Notes: generated from the sequence alone by a model not told the origin. 64,000 nucleotides of DNA from Terracidiphilus sp. (GCA_049518955.1 JBEKRG010000003.1:1443-65442); one strand, 5' to 3'. Positions 19,549 through 30,050 are shown, numbered from the stretch's first letter. Translations and numbers: made by a program.

Positions 19549-20414
19549 CAATAGGAGCGGAGAGACGCATGCCCCGCGTCAAATTACCGGCCCCTGAGTC
19601 ACTGGCCGTCGACAAGCACGCCCCAAGCCGCGCGCATCGCACGTACTTTACATTTGCGATCACCTGCATCAGCCAGTACATGATTCTCCGCGACCGCGTT
19701 TTCGGACTCTCAAAAAAAGGTCGTCTGCCGGTTGGCATCCACGAGCGCGCATTGCGCCACTCCATCGCAAGCGCGTCCAGCCAGCTTGATGCAGTGTTTG
19801 TGGAGCCGGTCTCTCTTCCCGCGCATGCGGCGGTCCTGCTCTGCCACGGCATAGGCGAAACCGTCGAGCAATGGTTCGGCGTGCAGCAGTTGCTCGCCGC
19901 AAATGGCGTTGCATCATTGGTTTTTGATTACTCGGGATACGGCAAGAGCACCGGGCGTCCTGACTGGGATCAGTTTGAACTGGATACGGTGGCAGCGTTT
20001 GCCTCATTGCGCGCCCTCGCTCCGGATCTGCCCGCCTCTGTGTTGGGCTTCTCGCTCGGCAGCGGCGTGGCGACGGCCACGATCAACAGTCTCGACGCTC
20101 ATCGCCTCATTCTGTGCCAGGCCTTTCCATCGTTTCGCCGAGCTGCGACAGCAGCGTGGATTCCCAAGGGGCTCATTCGGCTGGTGCCGCCCATTTGGCA
20201 CGCGCAACAGCCGCTCGCCGATTGCCGCCTTCCTGTCCTCATTGTGCACGGCGAAAAAGACCGGCTATTTCCCCCTGAGATGGCGTCGGAGCTGGCCGCG
20301 TTTTGCTCTCCGGCCGCGAAAGTTCTCCTGATCCCTGGGACGTCGCACAATCAACCGTTCCGCCGGCCGCACCTCAACTATTGGGGACCCATCATCTCTT
20401 GGCTTGGCAAATAG
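19545..20414 (+). CDS. Alpha/beta-fold hydrolase
   Basis: GFSLG nucleophile elbow, HGEKD, SHN; DYSGYGKS. Start is 19545 (GTG, 4-nt overlap with the previous stop) or 19569. Confidence 0.85.
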   Translation: MTIGAERRMPRVKLPAPESLAVDKHAPSRAHRTYFTFAITCISQYMILRDRVFGLSKKGRLPVGIHERALRHSIASASSQLDAVFVEPVSLPAHAAVLLCHGIGETVEQWFGVQQLLAANGVASLVFDYSGYGKSTGRPDWDQFELDTVAAFASLRALAPDLPASVLGFSLGSGVATATINSLDAHRLILCQAFPSFRRAATAAWIPKGLIRLVPPIWHAQQPLADCRLPVLIVHGEKDRLFPPEMASELAAFCSPAAKVLLIPGTSHNQPFRRPHLNYWGPIISWLGK

Positions 20415-20478
20415 TCGGGCGTTTACTTCAACATGACTGCGGCAAAGGTGGGCAAGGTGAGGTTCCCGCTGCCGCGCG

Positions 20479-20625
20479 CTATGACCCGCCCCGCTCTGGC
20501 TGCGACTCGTCATAGCGATCCCGATTCGCATAATCCTCGTCCAGCCGATCCTTCCTGTTTTCGCGTTCTTCCAGCTCCCGGCGCTTTCGCTGCTCTTCGC
20601 GCTCCTCGCGTCCGTCAGCCATCAT
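20479..20625 (-). CDS. Small highly charged hypothetical protein (48 aa), not in the ORF track
   Basis: MMADGREEREEQRKRRELEERENRKDRLDEDYANRDRYDESQPERGGS with a GGAGG SD just upstream; fills the intergenic gap before ffh. Confidence 0.6.
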   Translation of the reverse strand: MMADGREEREEQRKRRELEERENRKDRLDEDYANRDRYDESQPERGGS

Positions 20626-20760
20626 CGAGTCCTCCACTTCAGTCTAGTTACGTCGGACAAATCGTGCGCAGCGCGGCCCGCCTCGTGCGCTGATCTAAGC
20701 AATGCACTCAACCAAAAGCCCGCCGCACGAAGTGCCTTCCGGTAAACTTGAGTCTGACCC

Positions 20761-22149
20761 ATGTTTGAGAACCTAACCGATAAACTTCAGCGCGTCTTCA
20801 AAAACCTTCGCGGCCAGGGCACGCTCACTGAAGAGAACATCACCGAAGCTCTGCGCGAGATTCGCGTCGCCTTGCTTGAGGCCGACGTCAACCTCAGGGT
20901 CGTCACCGACCTTCTTGAGCAAATCCGCCAGAAGGCCGTCGGCACTGAAGTCCTCACCGCGCTCTCGCCCTCCGAGCAGGTGATCAAAATCGTCCGCGAC
21001 GAGCTGGTAGCCCTCCTTGGCCGCGACACCGCTCGCTTCAACTTCGCTTCCAAGCCGCCGACGGTCATTCTCATGGTCGGATTGCAAGGTTCCGGCAAAA
21101 CGACGACTTCCGGCAAGCTCGCCGCCTGGCTCAAAAAGGGTGGTCACCGTCCCATGCTCGTCTCGGTCGACGTTTACCGCCCCGCCGCGCGCGAGCAGCT
21201 CAAAATCGTCGCCAAACAAGTCGACTCGCGCCTCTATGAAGGTGACCTGAAGGGAGAACCCGCCGGCACTGCACTCGTTGAGCGCCTTGCCAAAGAAGCC
21301 CGCCGCGAAGCTGTCATCATGGGCTGCGACACGCTCATCGTCGACACCGCCGGCCGCCTCCACATCGACCAGGATCTGATGGCCGAGATGGAGAGCCTCA
21401 AGAAGCTGCTCTCGCCGCAGGAGATCCTCTTCATTGCCGACGCTATGACCGGGCAGGACGCCGTCAACTCCGCGCAGGATTTTCACTCCCGCCTCTCGCT
21501 CACCGGAGTCGTCCTCACCAAGATGGACGGCGATGCCCGCGGCGGCGCGGCGCTCTCCATCCGCCATGTCACCGGGCAGCCCATCAAATTCATAGGCGTC
21601 GGCGAAAAGCCCGACGCCTTCGAGCCTTTCCATCCTGATCGCATCGTCGGACGCATCCTTGGAATGGGCGACATGCTCTCGCTCATCGAGAAGGCCGAAT
21701 CCACTCTCGACCGCAAGAAGTCCCAGGAACTGGCCAAGAAAGCGCTCCTTGGCGACGGCTTCTCGCTCGAAGACTTCCGCGACCAGCTCCAGCAGATCAA
21801 GAAGCTCGGGTCCATGGAGTCGATTTTGAAGATGCTTCCCTCGGTCGGCCCCTTCGCGGGCATGCAACAGGCCGCTGGCCAGATTGACGAGAAGCAATTC
21901 GTCCGCCTCGAAGCCATCATCAACTCCATGACACCCAAGGAGCGCCGCAATCACGACATCATTTCCGGCACGCGCCGCAAGCGCATCGCAGCCGGCTCGG
22001 GCACCAGCGTGCAGGAGGTCAACCAGCTCCTCCGCCAGTACGCGCAGATGGCCAAGATGTTCAAGCAGGTGGGCAAGGGCGGCCTCGCCAAATCGATGAT
22101 GCGCGGCGGCCTCAGTGGCATGGGCGCCAAGCAGCGCTTCGGGCGGTAG
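20761..22149 (+). CDS. ffh: Signal recognition particle protein Ffh
   Basis: GLQGSGKTTT, DTAGR, TKMDGDARGGAALS, Met-rich M domain. Confidence 0.98.
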   Translation: MFENLTDKLQRVFKNLRGQGTLTEENITEALREIRVALLEADVNLRVVTDLLEQIRQKAVGTEVLTALSPSEQVIKIVRDELVALLGRDTARFNFASKPPTVILMVGLQGSGKTTTSGKLAAWLKKGGHRPMLVSVDVYRPAAREQLKIVAKQVDSRLYEGDLKGEPAGTALVERLAKEARREAVIMGCDTLIVDTAGRLHIDQDLMAEMESLKKLLSPQEILFIADAMTGQDAVNSAQDFHSRLSLTGVVLTKMDGDARGGAALSIRHVTGQPIKFIGVGEKPDAFEPFHPDRIVGRILGMGDMLSLIEKAESTLDRKKSQELAKKALLGDGFSLEDFRDQLQQIKKLGSMESILKMLPSVGPFAGMQQAAGQIDEKQFVRLEAIINSMTPKERRNHDIISGTRRKRIAAGSGTSVQEVNQLLRQYAQMAKMFKQVGKGGLAKSMMRGGLSGMGAKQRFGR

Positions 22150-22223
22150 GTCCGTCCGACGGCAAGCACCCGCTTTCTTAAATCACGCGCAGGCATCCGA
22201 TCCTGCGTTAACCTGAGACTTCC

Positions 22224-22880
22224 ATGACCGTCCTCCAGGACCAGCTCGACGAGATCACCGCCAACACGCGCAACCTCGTCCAGCCTGAGCGCATGGCCGT
22301 GAGCGAGCGCGCTGTCTCCGAGCTCTTCGCCTCCGGCATCGAGGAACGGATCCTCCCCGTCGGCGCTATCGCCCCCGAATTCACCCTGCCTGACGCCTCT
22401 GGCCGCCCCGTCCGCTCGGCTGACCTGCTCGCCCTGGGGCCTCTCGTCCTAAATTTCTTCCGCGGCCGCTGGTGTGCCTACTGCGTCACGGAGCTCGAGG
22501 CCTGGCGCGACATCTATCCAACCCTCCGCGAAGCCGGTGCGCTTCTCGCCGCCATCGGCCCTCAGACCGCCCGCCAAAGCGATTTCATGGTCGGCCAGCA
22601 CGGCCTGCCCTTTCCTGTCCTCACCGACCCCGGCTGCGCCCTTGCGGAGCAGTTCGGCCTTGCCTACACCATCCCCGAATACCACCGCGCTCACTTCCGC
22701 TCCATCCTCGTCAACATACCCTTTGTCAACGGCGACCAGACCTGGCGCCTGATCCTGCCCGCCACCTACGTCCTGGGCCGAGACCGCCGCGTCCTCTACG
22801 CCCGGGCCTACGCCGACTTCCGCGTCCGCCCTGAGCCGGAAGAAGTGATGGCCGCAGCTCTAGCTGCCGTCAAGCTCTAA
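22224..22880 (+). CDS. Peroxiredoxin-like AhpC/TSA family redoxin
   Basis: APEFTLPDASG, FFRGRWCAYCVTEL (CxxC), PATYV. Confidence 0.85.
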   Translation: MTVLQDQLDEITANTRNLVQPERMAVSERAVSELFASGIEERILPVGAIAPEFTLPDASGRPVRSADLLALGPLVLNFFRGRWCAYCVTELEAWRDIYPTLREAGALLAAIGPQTARQSDFMVGQHGLPFPVLTDPGCALAEQFGLAYTIPEYHRAHFRSILVNIPFVNGDQTWRLILPATYVLGRDRRVLYARAYADFRVRPEPEEVMAAALAAVKL

Positions 22881-22962
22881 CACGCCGTTCCACCCATGGC
22901 CCGTTCCAAAACCAGGAAAAACCCAAAGTTGCATCCCAACTGAGGAAAATCGCATCATATAA

Positions 22963-23008
22963 GTTGACAACATTACACTCAATCTGAGATTCTATCCCGT
23001 CAGATTGA
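22963..23008 (+). promoter_or_regulatory. dnaK promoter with TTGACA -35, a HAIR-like element and a 9-bp inverted repeat
   Basis: GTTGACA-N7-ACTCAAT (22963-22983) resembles HAIR CTTGAGT-N7-ACTCAAG; TCAATCTGA (22979-22987) and TCAGATTGA (23000-23008) form a perfect IR. Confidence 0.55.
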
Positions 23009-23030
23009 CCTCAAAGGCAGGAACCCAAAC

Positions 23031-24953
23031 ATGGCTAAAATGATTGGAATCGATCTCGGTACCACCAACTCGTGCGTCGCCGTCATGGAAGGCGGCGAGC
23101 CAAAAGTCATTCCGAATGAAGAGGGTGCGCGCACTACCCCCTCAATTGTCGCCTTCACCAAAAGCGGCGAGCGCCTCGTTGGCCAGGTCGCTAAGCGCCA
23201 GGCCATCACCAACCCTGAGAACACTATCTTTTCCATCAAGCGCTTCATGGGCCGCCGCTACAACGAAGTGACCGACGAGATGAAGATGGTCCCTTTCAAA
23301 GTGGTCCAGCAGGGCGACCACGTCGGAGTCATCGCTCAGGGCAAGGAGTACACTCCGCCCGAAATCTCCGCCATGATCCTGCAGAAGCTCAAAAAGAGCG
23401 CCGAAGCTTACCTTGGCGAGACCATCAGTGAGGCCGTGATCACTGTTCCGGCCTATTTCAACGACGCGCAACGCCAGGCCACCAAGGACGCGGGCAGAAT
23501 TGCCGGCCTCGACGTCAAGCGCATCGTCAACGAGCCCACCGCGGCCGCTCTGGCCTACGGCCTCGACAAAAAGAAGGACGAGACCATCGCCGTCTACGAC
23601 TTTGGCGGCGGCACATTCGATATCTCCATCCTCGAAGTCGGCGAGGGCGTCATTGAGGTCAAGTCGACCAATGGCGACACCCACCTTGGCGGCGACAACC
23701 TCGATCAGCGCATCGTCGAGTGGCTTATTGCCGAGTTCAAGACCGAGCATGGCCTCGACCTCACCTCAAAGGGCAACGAGATGGCCCTGCAGCGCCTGAA
23801 GGACGCGGCGGAAAAGGCCAAGATCGAGCTCTCGACCACCGTCGAAACCGAAATCAACTTGCCCTTTATCACTGCTGACGCCTCCGGCCCCAAGCACCTG
23901 GTCCGCAAGCTAACACGCGCCAAGCTGGAGCAGTTGGTCGAGGATCTCATCGAGCGCTCGGTCGAGCCATGCAAGAAGGCCTTGTCCGATGCCGGCATCA
24001 CCACCAGCCAGATCAACGAAGTCGTTCTCGTCGGCGGACAGACCCGCATGCCGCGCATCCAGGAGCTGGTCAAGAAGCTCTTCGGTAAGGAGCCACATCG
24101 CGGCGTCAATCCCGATGAGGTGGTTGCGATCGGCGCTGCCGTGCAGGCAGGCGTGCTCACCGGCGACGTCAAGGATCTTCTGCTTCTCGACGTCACTCCG
24201 CTCACCTTGTCCATTGAGACTCTGGGCGGCGTGGCTACGCCGATGATCCCGCGCAATACGACCATCCCGACCAAGAAGACGGAGACCTTCTCAACGGCGG
24301 CCGATTCGCAGACCGAAGTCGAAGTCCACGTGCTGCAGGGCGAGCGGCCCATGGCGGCGCAGAACCGCACGCTGGGCAAATTCAAGCTCGGCGGCATCAT
24401 GCCCGCGCCGCGCGGCATTCCGCAAATCGAGGTCACCTTCGACATCGATGCCAACGGCATTCTCAACGTGACCGCGAAAGACAACGCGACCGGCAAGGAC
24501 ACGCGCATCACCATCACCTCGAGCTCAGGGCTTTCGAAAGAAGAAATCGAGAAGATGGCCAAGGAAGCCGAAGCGCATGCGTCTGAAGATAAAGAGCAGC
24601 GCGAATCGATCGAGGCTCGCAACGCCCTCGACGGCCTCGTTTACAACATCGAGAAGATGCTCAAGGACGCGGGCGAAAAAGTGCAGGCGGCCGACAAAAC
24701 CGAAGTCGAAGCGGCACTTGCCGACGCCAAAAAGACGCTCGAAGGCTCGCCGGCAACTTCTGAACTTCGCTCTGCGCACGAGAAGCTCACTCTCGCCAGC
24801 CACAAACTGGCCGAGGCCATGTATAAAGCCACCTCTGCGCAATCTCAATCCGGGCCTACGGACGCGGGAGCTGCCGGGCCAACTGCCGGCGACGCCAAGA
24901 AGGAAGGCGAAGTCATCGACGCCGAGTACGTCGACGTCGACGACAAAAAGTAA
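23031..24953 (+). CDS. dnaK: Chaperone DnaK (Hsp70)
   Basis: [43 protein letters not shown] tail. Confidence 0.99.
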   Translation: MAKMIGIDLGTTNSCVAVMEGGEPKVIPNEEGARTTPSIVAFTKSGERLVGQVAKRQAITNPENTIFSIKRFMGRRYNEVTDEMKMVPFKVVQQGDHVGVIAQGKEYTPPEISAMILQKLKKSAEAYLGETISEAVITVPAYFNDAQRQATKDAGRIAGLDVKRIVNEPTAAALAYGLDKKKDETIAVYDFGGGTFDISILEVGEGVIEVKSTNGDTHLGGDNLDQRIVEWLIAEFKTEHGLDLTSKGNEMALQRLKDAAEKAKIELSTTVETEINLPFITADASGPKHLVRKLTRAKLEQLVEDLIERSVEPCKKALSDAGITTSQINEVVLVGGQTRMPRIQELVKKLFGKEPHRGVNPDEVVAIGAAVQAGVLTGDVKDLLLLDVTPLTLSIETLGGVATPMIPRNTTIPTKKTETFSTAADSQTEVEVHVLQGERPMAAQNRTLGKFKLGGIMPAPRGIPQIEVTFDIDANGILNVTAKDNATGKDTRITITSSSGLSKEEIEKMAKEAEAHASEDKEQRESIEARNALDGLVYNIEKMLKDAGEKVQAADKTEVEAALADAKKTLEGSPATSELRSAHEKLTLASHKLAEAMYKATSAQSQSGPTDAGAAGPTAGDAKKEGEVIDAEYVDVDDKK

Positions 24954-24998
24954 GCACTGGCCGTCCAGCAACGCCGCTGTTCGGGCGGAAAAACTTCG

Positions 24999-25027
24999 GG
25001 GGTGGGCGATCGCACGTCGTCCACCCC
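24999..25027 (+). terminator. Stem-loop after dnaK (attenuating terminator or mRNA stabiliser)
   Basis: 11-bp stem GGGGTGGGCGA/TCGTCCACCCC (one G-U), 7-nt loop, followed by TCCTTCTTAT. Confidence 0.5.
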
Positions 25028-25172
25028 TCCTTCTTATGATGGAAGAGGGAATCAGGAGTTTTGAGTGGGGCCGATTGGACTTCGCCGAAAAACACCCTGA
25101 GCCCGCTGGGAAATGGCATGCAACGTAACGCACCACGCCGACGTGAAGCGCACTTGAGATAAGAAAATATCC

Positions 25173-26366
25173 ATGGCCACAACCGCCAACAAAGACTATT
25201 ACGCAACGCTCGGCGTCAAGAAGACAGCCACGCCGGAGGAGATTCGCAAGGCCTTCCGCAAAGCCGCACGCAAGTATCACCCCGACGTCAATCCCAACGA
25301 CAAGCGCGCCGAAGAAAAGTTCAAGGAGATCTCCGAGGCCAACGACGTGCTCTCGGACGAGAAGAAGCGCAAGATCTACGACCAGGTCGGCTTCTACTCT
25401 GACCAGATCGATCCCGCCCAGGCCGAGGCCTACGCTCGCCAGCAACGCTCGGGCGGCCAGCAACAGCCTCCTATTGATTTCGGCGGCTTCGACTTCTCCG
25501 GATTCCAGGGCGACATGGGCGCACAGGGAGGCACCGGCTCATTCGGCGGTTCGGGCAGCTTCAAAGACATTTTTTCCGGCATCTTCGGTGGCGCGCAGCA
25601 GCACCGGCAGCCGCGCGGACCGCAGCCCGGCACTGACCTCGAGTACCAGGCCACAGTCGACTTCTGGACCGCCATCCGCAGTGGCCAGGCGCGTATCCAG
25701 ATCAACCGCCAGGAAACCTGTCCTGCCTGTCATGGCCAAGCCCACGTCGGGGGCAACGCGGAGTGTCCCGAGTGCCACGGCACGGGTCAGGTCACGCAGA
25801 TGGGCGGCCGCATGAAGTTCAACATCACCTGCCCGCGTTGCAATGGCACCGGCCACATCTCGCACGACTGTCCTACTTGCCACGGCGAGGGCACCGTCAA
25901 CCGTACCGAAACCGTCGAATTCCGCATCAAGGCTGGCACGCGTGACGGCCAGCGCATCCGCCTGCAAGGCAAAGGCAACGCCGGCGTTAACGGCGGTCCT
26001 GCAGGGGATCTCTTCCTCATCGTTCGCACAGGCACGAATCCAGTCTTCACGCGCGTGGGCGACGACATTCAGATCACCGTCCCCATCACCGTGGCCGAAG
26101 CAGCTCTTGGCGCCAAGGTCGAAGTCCCCACGATCGATGGCCGCGCACAACTAAAGATTCCGCCCGGTACGCAGAGCGGGCAAAAGCTGCGCATGAGGGA
26201 GCGCGGTGTGGAGAGCGCCTCGCATCCCGGCCAGCGTGGCGATGAAATCGTCACCGTTGAGGTTGCTGTGCCACACCTGAATGACGAGCGCAGCCGCGAG
26301 ATTATGCGCGAGCTCGCCCGCCTCAACCCCGACGATCCGCGCAAAACGCTGTTCGAAAAGTTGTAA
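25173..26366 (+). CDS. dnaJ: Co-chaperone DnaJ (J domain, G/F region, zinc finger)
   Basis: HPD motif, G/F-rich linker, four CxxCxGxG-type repeats, C-terminal domain. Confidence 0.95.
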   Translation: MATTANKDYYATLGVKKTATPEEIRKAFRKAARKYHPDVNPNDKRAEEKFKEISEANDVLSDEKKRKIYDQVGFYSDQIDPAQAEAYARQQRSGGQQQPPIDFGGFDFSGFQGDMGAQGGTGSFGGSGSFKDIFSGIFGGAQQHRQPRGPQPGTDLEYQATVDFWTAIRSGQARIQINRQETCPACHGQAHVGGNAECPECHGTGQVTQMGGRMKFNITCPRCNGTGHISHDCPTCHGEGTVNRTETVEFRIKAGTRDGQRIRLQGKGNAGVNGGPAGDLFLIVRTGTNPVFTRVGDDIQITVPITVAEAALGAKVEVPTIDGRAQLKIPPGTQSGQKLRMRERGVESASHPGQRGDEIVTVEVAVPHLNDERSREIMRELARLNPDDPRKTLFEKL

Positions 26367-26428
26367 GATTCACGCGGAAGCAATCATGGGCCGTAGATGG
26401 ATTGGCTAGGCTGATTGGAGAAAATACG

Positions 26429-26836
26429 ATGGCCACAAAACGCAAATCCAAAGGCGCCTATATGATCTCGGCCGTAGCCGAGATGTACGAAATCCATCCT
26501 CAGACTCTGCGCCTCTACGAGCGCGAAGGCTTGCTCAAGCCCTCGCGCACCGAAGGCAACACGCGTCTCTACACTGATGAAGATCTCGAACGGCTTGAGT
26601 TCATCCTCAACCTCGCTCGCGACCTCGGAGTCAATATCGCGGGTATCGCTATCATCCTGCAGATGCGCGAGCGCATGGAAGAGATGAACCGCCAGATGCA
26701 AGGCTTCGTCGAATACGTGCGCAGTGAGATGCTTGCCCGTTTCCAGCAGGCCGCAACCGGCTCAGCCGCGGCCATTGTTCCCATCCGCAAGCCCGTGGCT
26801 TCGCCTGCACGCCCGGCGGCGACACGCAAACCGTAG
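26429..26836 (+). CDS. hspR: Heat-shock repressor HspR (MerR family)
   Basis: YMISAVAEMYEIHPQTLRLYEREGLLKPSRTEGNTRLY...GVNIAGI; directly after dnaJ; ATG 26429 with GGAG SD. Confidence 0.88.
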   Translation: MATKRKSKGAYMISAVAEMYEIHPQTLRLYEREGLLKPSRTEGNTRLYTDEDLERLEFILNLARDLGVNIAGIAIILQMRERMEEMNRQMQGFVEYVRSEMLARFQQAATGSAAAIVPIRKPVASPARPAATRKP

Positions 26837-26848
26837 CGGGTCTGCTTT

Positions 26849-28039
26849 CTACTCAGTTAATTTGCGCAGCCGCCCCTCGGGCAGCAACTCGTACGGGTCG
26901 CCTCGATAGCGCAGCCGTCTGCTGGCCAGGTAGCTCCTCACCCAGAACATGAATCCCATCAGGTCGCGCAGCGGATAGAGCCATGCCTTGTGCACCGCCA
27001 CGCGGTCGCGCACTACCAGGCTGCTTACCACGAGGCACAAGAGCACCCGGTCCAGGATCGTGAACGCCAGCAGTCCCGCTCCCCACGCCCAGTGCCCGGC
27101 CAGCGTTAGCCCAATCCAGGCCAGCAATCCAAAGGGAACCGCATAGGTCAGCACCTCGCCCAAGTGACCAATCGGGCGCGAAAAGCGCGTGCTCGTCGCC
27201 CATCCCTGCTGGTGCGCAATGCTGCTCTTGAACGCGGCGTTCAGCACGTGGTGCTCGACAATATAGTGCGACAAAACAACGATCTCGCCGGCCGCCGCCG
27301 TCCAATTCCCCAACACAAAGTCGTCGGCGTAATACTGTGCCACCTTCTCGTAGCCGCCGATTTTTGCAACGGTGCTCTGGCGCATCACCATAGAGGGCCC
27401 CAGCGCGAATTTCATCCCCTCCAGCATGTTCGCCACCAGCACTCCCGAGGTCATTTCCACGCTCATGCCCATCGCCTCCAGTTGCGCCCACAATCCGTGC
27501 CGGGTGCAGCCGCGATAGAGGCTGGTGACCATGCCCACCTGCGGATCGCGCATCGGCTGCACTACCGCGCGCAGGTAATCCGGCATCACGCGCACATCGC
27601 TGTCCGCCGTCACCAGGATCTGATGCTGCGCTTCGCGGCGCATGATCTCCAGCGAAAATGTCCGCGCATTCGGCCACGGCGGTTCGCCACAGGTCAGAGT
27701 GCGCGCCTTCACGTGCGGATACCGCGCCATCACCCGCCGCGCTGCGGCAAGGCCCAGGTCGCTCTCCTGCCGCGCGCAGAACAGAATTTCGAACTCCGAG
27801 TAATCTTGCTCGAAAAAGCTGGCCAGGTTCTGTTCCAGGTCGGGCTCGTCGCCGTGCACAGGCTTCAGCACGCTTACCGGCGGCAGGAATGTCGCCCCGT
27901 GCAAATCGCCCCCATCGCCCGTGCCGCGCCGGAAGCGCATCACTCCCGCAAAAACAATCAAGCTATAGATTGTCGAGGTGACGACACCGAAAACACCGAG
28001 CACAATCAGGCCGGCGACAGCAATAGCACTGAAGCTCAT
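26849..28039 (-). CDS. hpnI: HpnI/ceramide-glucosyltransferase-family glycosyltransferase
   Basis: N-terminal TM, PPVSVLKPVHG, DSD, ADDFVLG, C-terminal TMs. Confidence 0.8.
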   Translation of the reverse strand: MSFSAIAVAGLIVLGVFGVVTSTIYSLIVFAGVMRFRRGTGDGGDLHGATFLPPVSVLKPVHGDEPDLEQNLASFFEQDYSEFEILFCARQESDLGLAAARRVMARYPHVKARTLTCGEPPWPNARTFSLEIMRREAQHQILVTADSDVRVMPDYLRAVVQPMRDPQVGMVTSLYRGCTRHGLWAQLEAMGMSVEMTSGVLVANMLEGMKFALGPSMVMRQSTVAKIGGYEKVAQYYADDFVLGNWTAAAGEIVVLSHYIVEHHVLNAAFKSSIAHQQGWATSTRFSRPIGHLGEVLTYAVPFGLLAWIGLTLAGHWAWGAGLLAFTILDRVLLCLVVSSLVVRDRVAVHKAWLYPLRDLMGFMFWVRSYLASRRLRYRGDPYELLPEGRLRKLTE

Positions 28040-28052
28040 GGTCGAAAGATTC

Positions 28053-30050
28053 TCACTTCACCGGCCGGTCCGTCCACAGTGTCTTGTCGGCCAGCGTCTG
28101 CACCTCATACAAGCGCCCGGCCAACACGTTCTCCACGTTCTCCCGGTCCGGATCTTCGGCAAATATCCATTTGCGTTCGCCTGTTCCCCAGATCGCTGCT
28201 AATTTCGCGGGACTCAGATAAATATCGGGTGCATCGGGATAGCACGACCCCCACAGCAGCGTCGTTCCCTCGCCGTTCCGCCCGCACCGTGGGAGTACCA
28301 GCATCGCCGGCCTTCCCCGGAAAAAGTCGTTCGTGTAAAAGACCACGGATGACCCAGACGATTGCTCGCCGTAAATGATCAGGATGTCATTTGAGGTGCC
28401 GTCGCTCATGATGGTGTCGGCCATCGGTTTTGAGCTCAACATCGGCTCAAACCGCGCAAACGCAATGTGCGCGGCCACAAAGAACGCCGTCATGGTCAGC
28501 GCCACGCTCACGGTGGATGCGAGGTGTTTCTTTTTCATCCGCAGCAACCAGCCCGGCATCGGTCCAATCAGCAGGGTGATTGCCGCCAATCCCGCCGGCA
28601 ACCGGAGCGCCGCAAACGACTCGCCCGTCAAATCGAACAGGTGCGACATCGACAGCGTATAGTCGCCCACGCCGCGGTGCGCCAGCACTGTTCCAATGTC
28701 CGCCACGTAAGGCAAATTGCGTGAGGTCCACAATCCCCACGCCAGCGTCGCCGCAGCCGCCACGCCGATCGCCGCAAACGCCGCCTGCGCGCCGGTTAAC
28801 CATGATGTGGGCAGCGTCGGCCGTCCGCCTTTCACGCCATCGTTCTCTTCTACATCTGCGATGACGCCCGCGATCAACATCACCAGCGGCGGCCATACCA
28901 TGAACGTGTAGTATTCCTGATTCGTCGAAATCGAGAAAAATATCAGCACCCACGCCGAGTACAAGCTCAGCAGCCAGATCGTCCTGGTGCGGAACTTGAT
29001 CCGCCGCACGTAGCTGCCCACATCCTCGCGCATGGCGTGGTCGAGATAAAAATCCACGGTGTCGCCGGCATCGTGCCGCAGATGTTTCAGCCATGTGCGC
29101 CGCGTCTTCCAAGCCATTGCCGCCAACGCGCCAAGAAAAAGACTCCAGGGAAAAATCCAGATCAGTTCGCCCAGCCAGTACCAAAGCGCCGGCATTTTGT
29201 TGTAGTCGTGCGGATAGCGCAGGTTGAAGAATCGAAGCACATGCTCGTTGATGAAGTATTGATAAAAAAACCCGTGGACATTCCCGATCGTGGGATGATT
29301 TCCCGAGGGGTGCCCCTGATCGTGATTGATGATGCCGCAAGCAATATGCCACGGCGCGGCGATTGCCAGAAACAAAAGGAATCCCGACACCGGCTTCAGC
29401 GCCTTCCACCGCCGCCACTGCCCGGTTAGGAGCAAATACGGAATTGCCGCGCCGCCGAAAAATACCGGCGCAATCAAACCCTTCGTAAGCAGCGCCAGTG
29501 CCACTCCCGCCCACGCCCAATACATCATCGCGGGCCGATTATCTTCCAGGCTCACGATCAGCGCGTACAAGGCAATCAGCAGAAACAGCGCGAGGATTGC
29601 CTCGGGAATGATGAAACGGGTAAACAAAAAAGCGCCCACCGATGTCAGCACGCCCAGCCCGGCGTAGAACCCCGCTCGTTCACCCCAGGCCCGCCGCCCC
29701 CACAGCCACGCCAGCCACGTCAGCCCCAGCATCGCCAGCGCATTGGGCAAATGCGTGGCAAAGGTGTTCTCGCCGAACACCTTGTACATTCCCGCTACCA
29801 CCCAGTAGGGCAGGGGCGGCTTTTCAATGTAACGGATACCGTTGGTTTTCGCGGTGATCAGATCGCCGCTCTCGGCCATGTGCTGCGCCGCTTGCGCGTG
29901 CGAAGCATCCACGTCGTCCAGCAGCGGGGGAGAGAACAACGAGGCAAAGTAAATCGCGGCCCAGAGGACAGCAAAGACCAGCCACACCGTGCGCGTGGAG
30001 AGAGCGGCCTGCGGGCGATCGATTGTCCTTGTCGAATTCATCATTGTCAT
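28053..30050 (-). CDS. ArnT/PMT-like (GT-C) polytopic membrane glycosyltransferase
   Basis: LLDDVD, YIEKPPLPYW, LTKGLI, many TM segments; start trimmed to ATG 30050. Confidence 0.85.
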   Translation of the reverse strand: MTMMNSTRTIDRPQAALSTRTVWLVFAVLWAAIYFASLFSPPLLDDVDASHAQAAQHMAESGDLITAKTNGIRYIEKPPLPYWVVAGMYKVFGENTFATHLPNALAMLGLTWLAWLWGRRAWGERAGFYAGLGVLTSVGAFLFTRFIIPEAILALFLLIALYALIVSLEDNRPAMMYWAWAGVALALLTKGLIAPVFFGGAAIPYLLLTGQWRRWKALKPVSGFLLFLAIAAPWHIACGIINHDQGHPSGNHPTIGNVHGFFYQYFINEHVLRFFNLRYPHDYNKMPALWYWLGELIWIFPWSLFLGALAAMAWKTRRTWLKHLRHDAGDTVDFYLDHAMREDVGSYVRRIKFRTRTIWLLSLYSAWVLIFFSISTNQEYYTFMVWPPLVMLIAGVIADVEENDGVKGGRPTLPTSWLTGAQAAFAAIGVAAAATLAWGLWTSRNLPYVADIGTVLAHRGVGDYTLSMSHLFDLTGESFAALRLPAGLAAITLLIGPMPGWLLRMKKKHLASTVSVALTMTAFFVAAHIAFARFEPMLSSKPMADTIMSDGTSNDILIIYGEQSSGSSVVFYTNDFFRGRPAMLVLPRCGRNGEGTTLLWGSCYPDAPDIYLSPAKLAAIWGTGERKWIFAEDPDRENVENVLAGRLYEVQTLADKTLWTDRPVK

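Noticed and set aside
20630-20760. SRP RNA (ffs) next to ffh
   Set aside because: No domain-IV motif (GGAA tetraloop with AGCAG) is visible.
20773-21954. 393-aa minus-strand ORF
   Set aside because: Antisense shadow of ffh, expected from high-GC codon bias.
22960-23030. CIRCE (HrcA) element upstream of dnaK
   Set aside because: TTACACTC lacks a GAGTGCTAA partner at 9-nt spacing; the HAIR-like reading fits better.
23142-25463. Long minus-strand ORFs opposite dnaK (23142-23750, 23705-24622, 24525-25463)
   Set aside because: Antisense shadows of dnaK/dnaJ; the dnaK-antisense frame is a well-known source of spurious NAD-glutamate-dehydrogenase annotations.
27164-28378. 404-aa plus-strand ORF (and the similar 50183-51097 ORF)
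   Set aside because: Antisense to well-supported genes; Arg/Ala-rich composition typical of non-coding frames.
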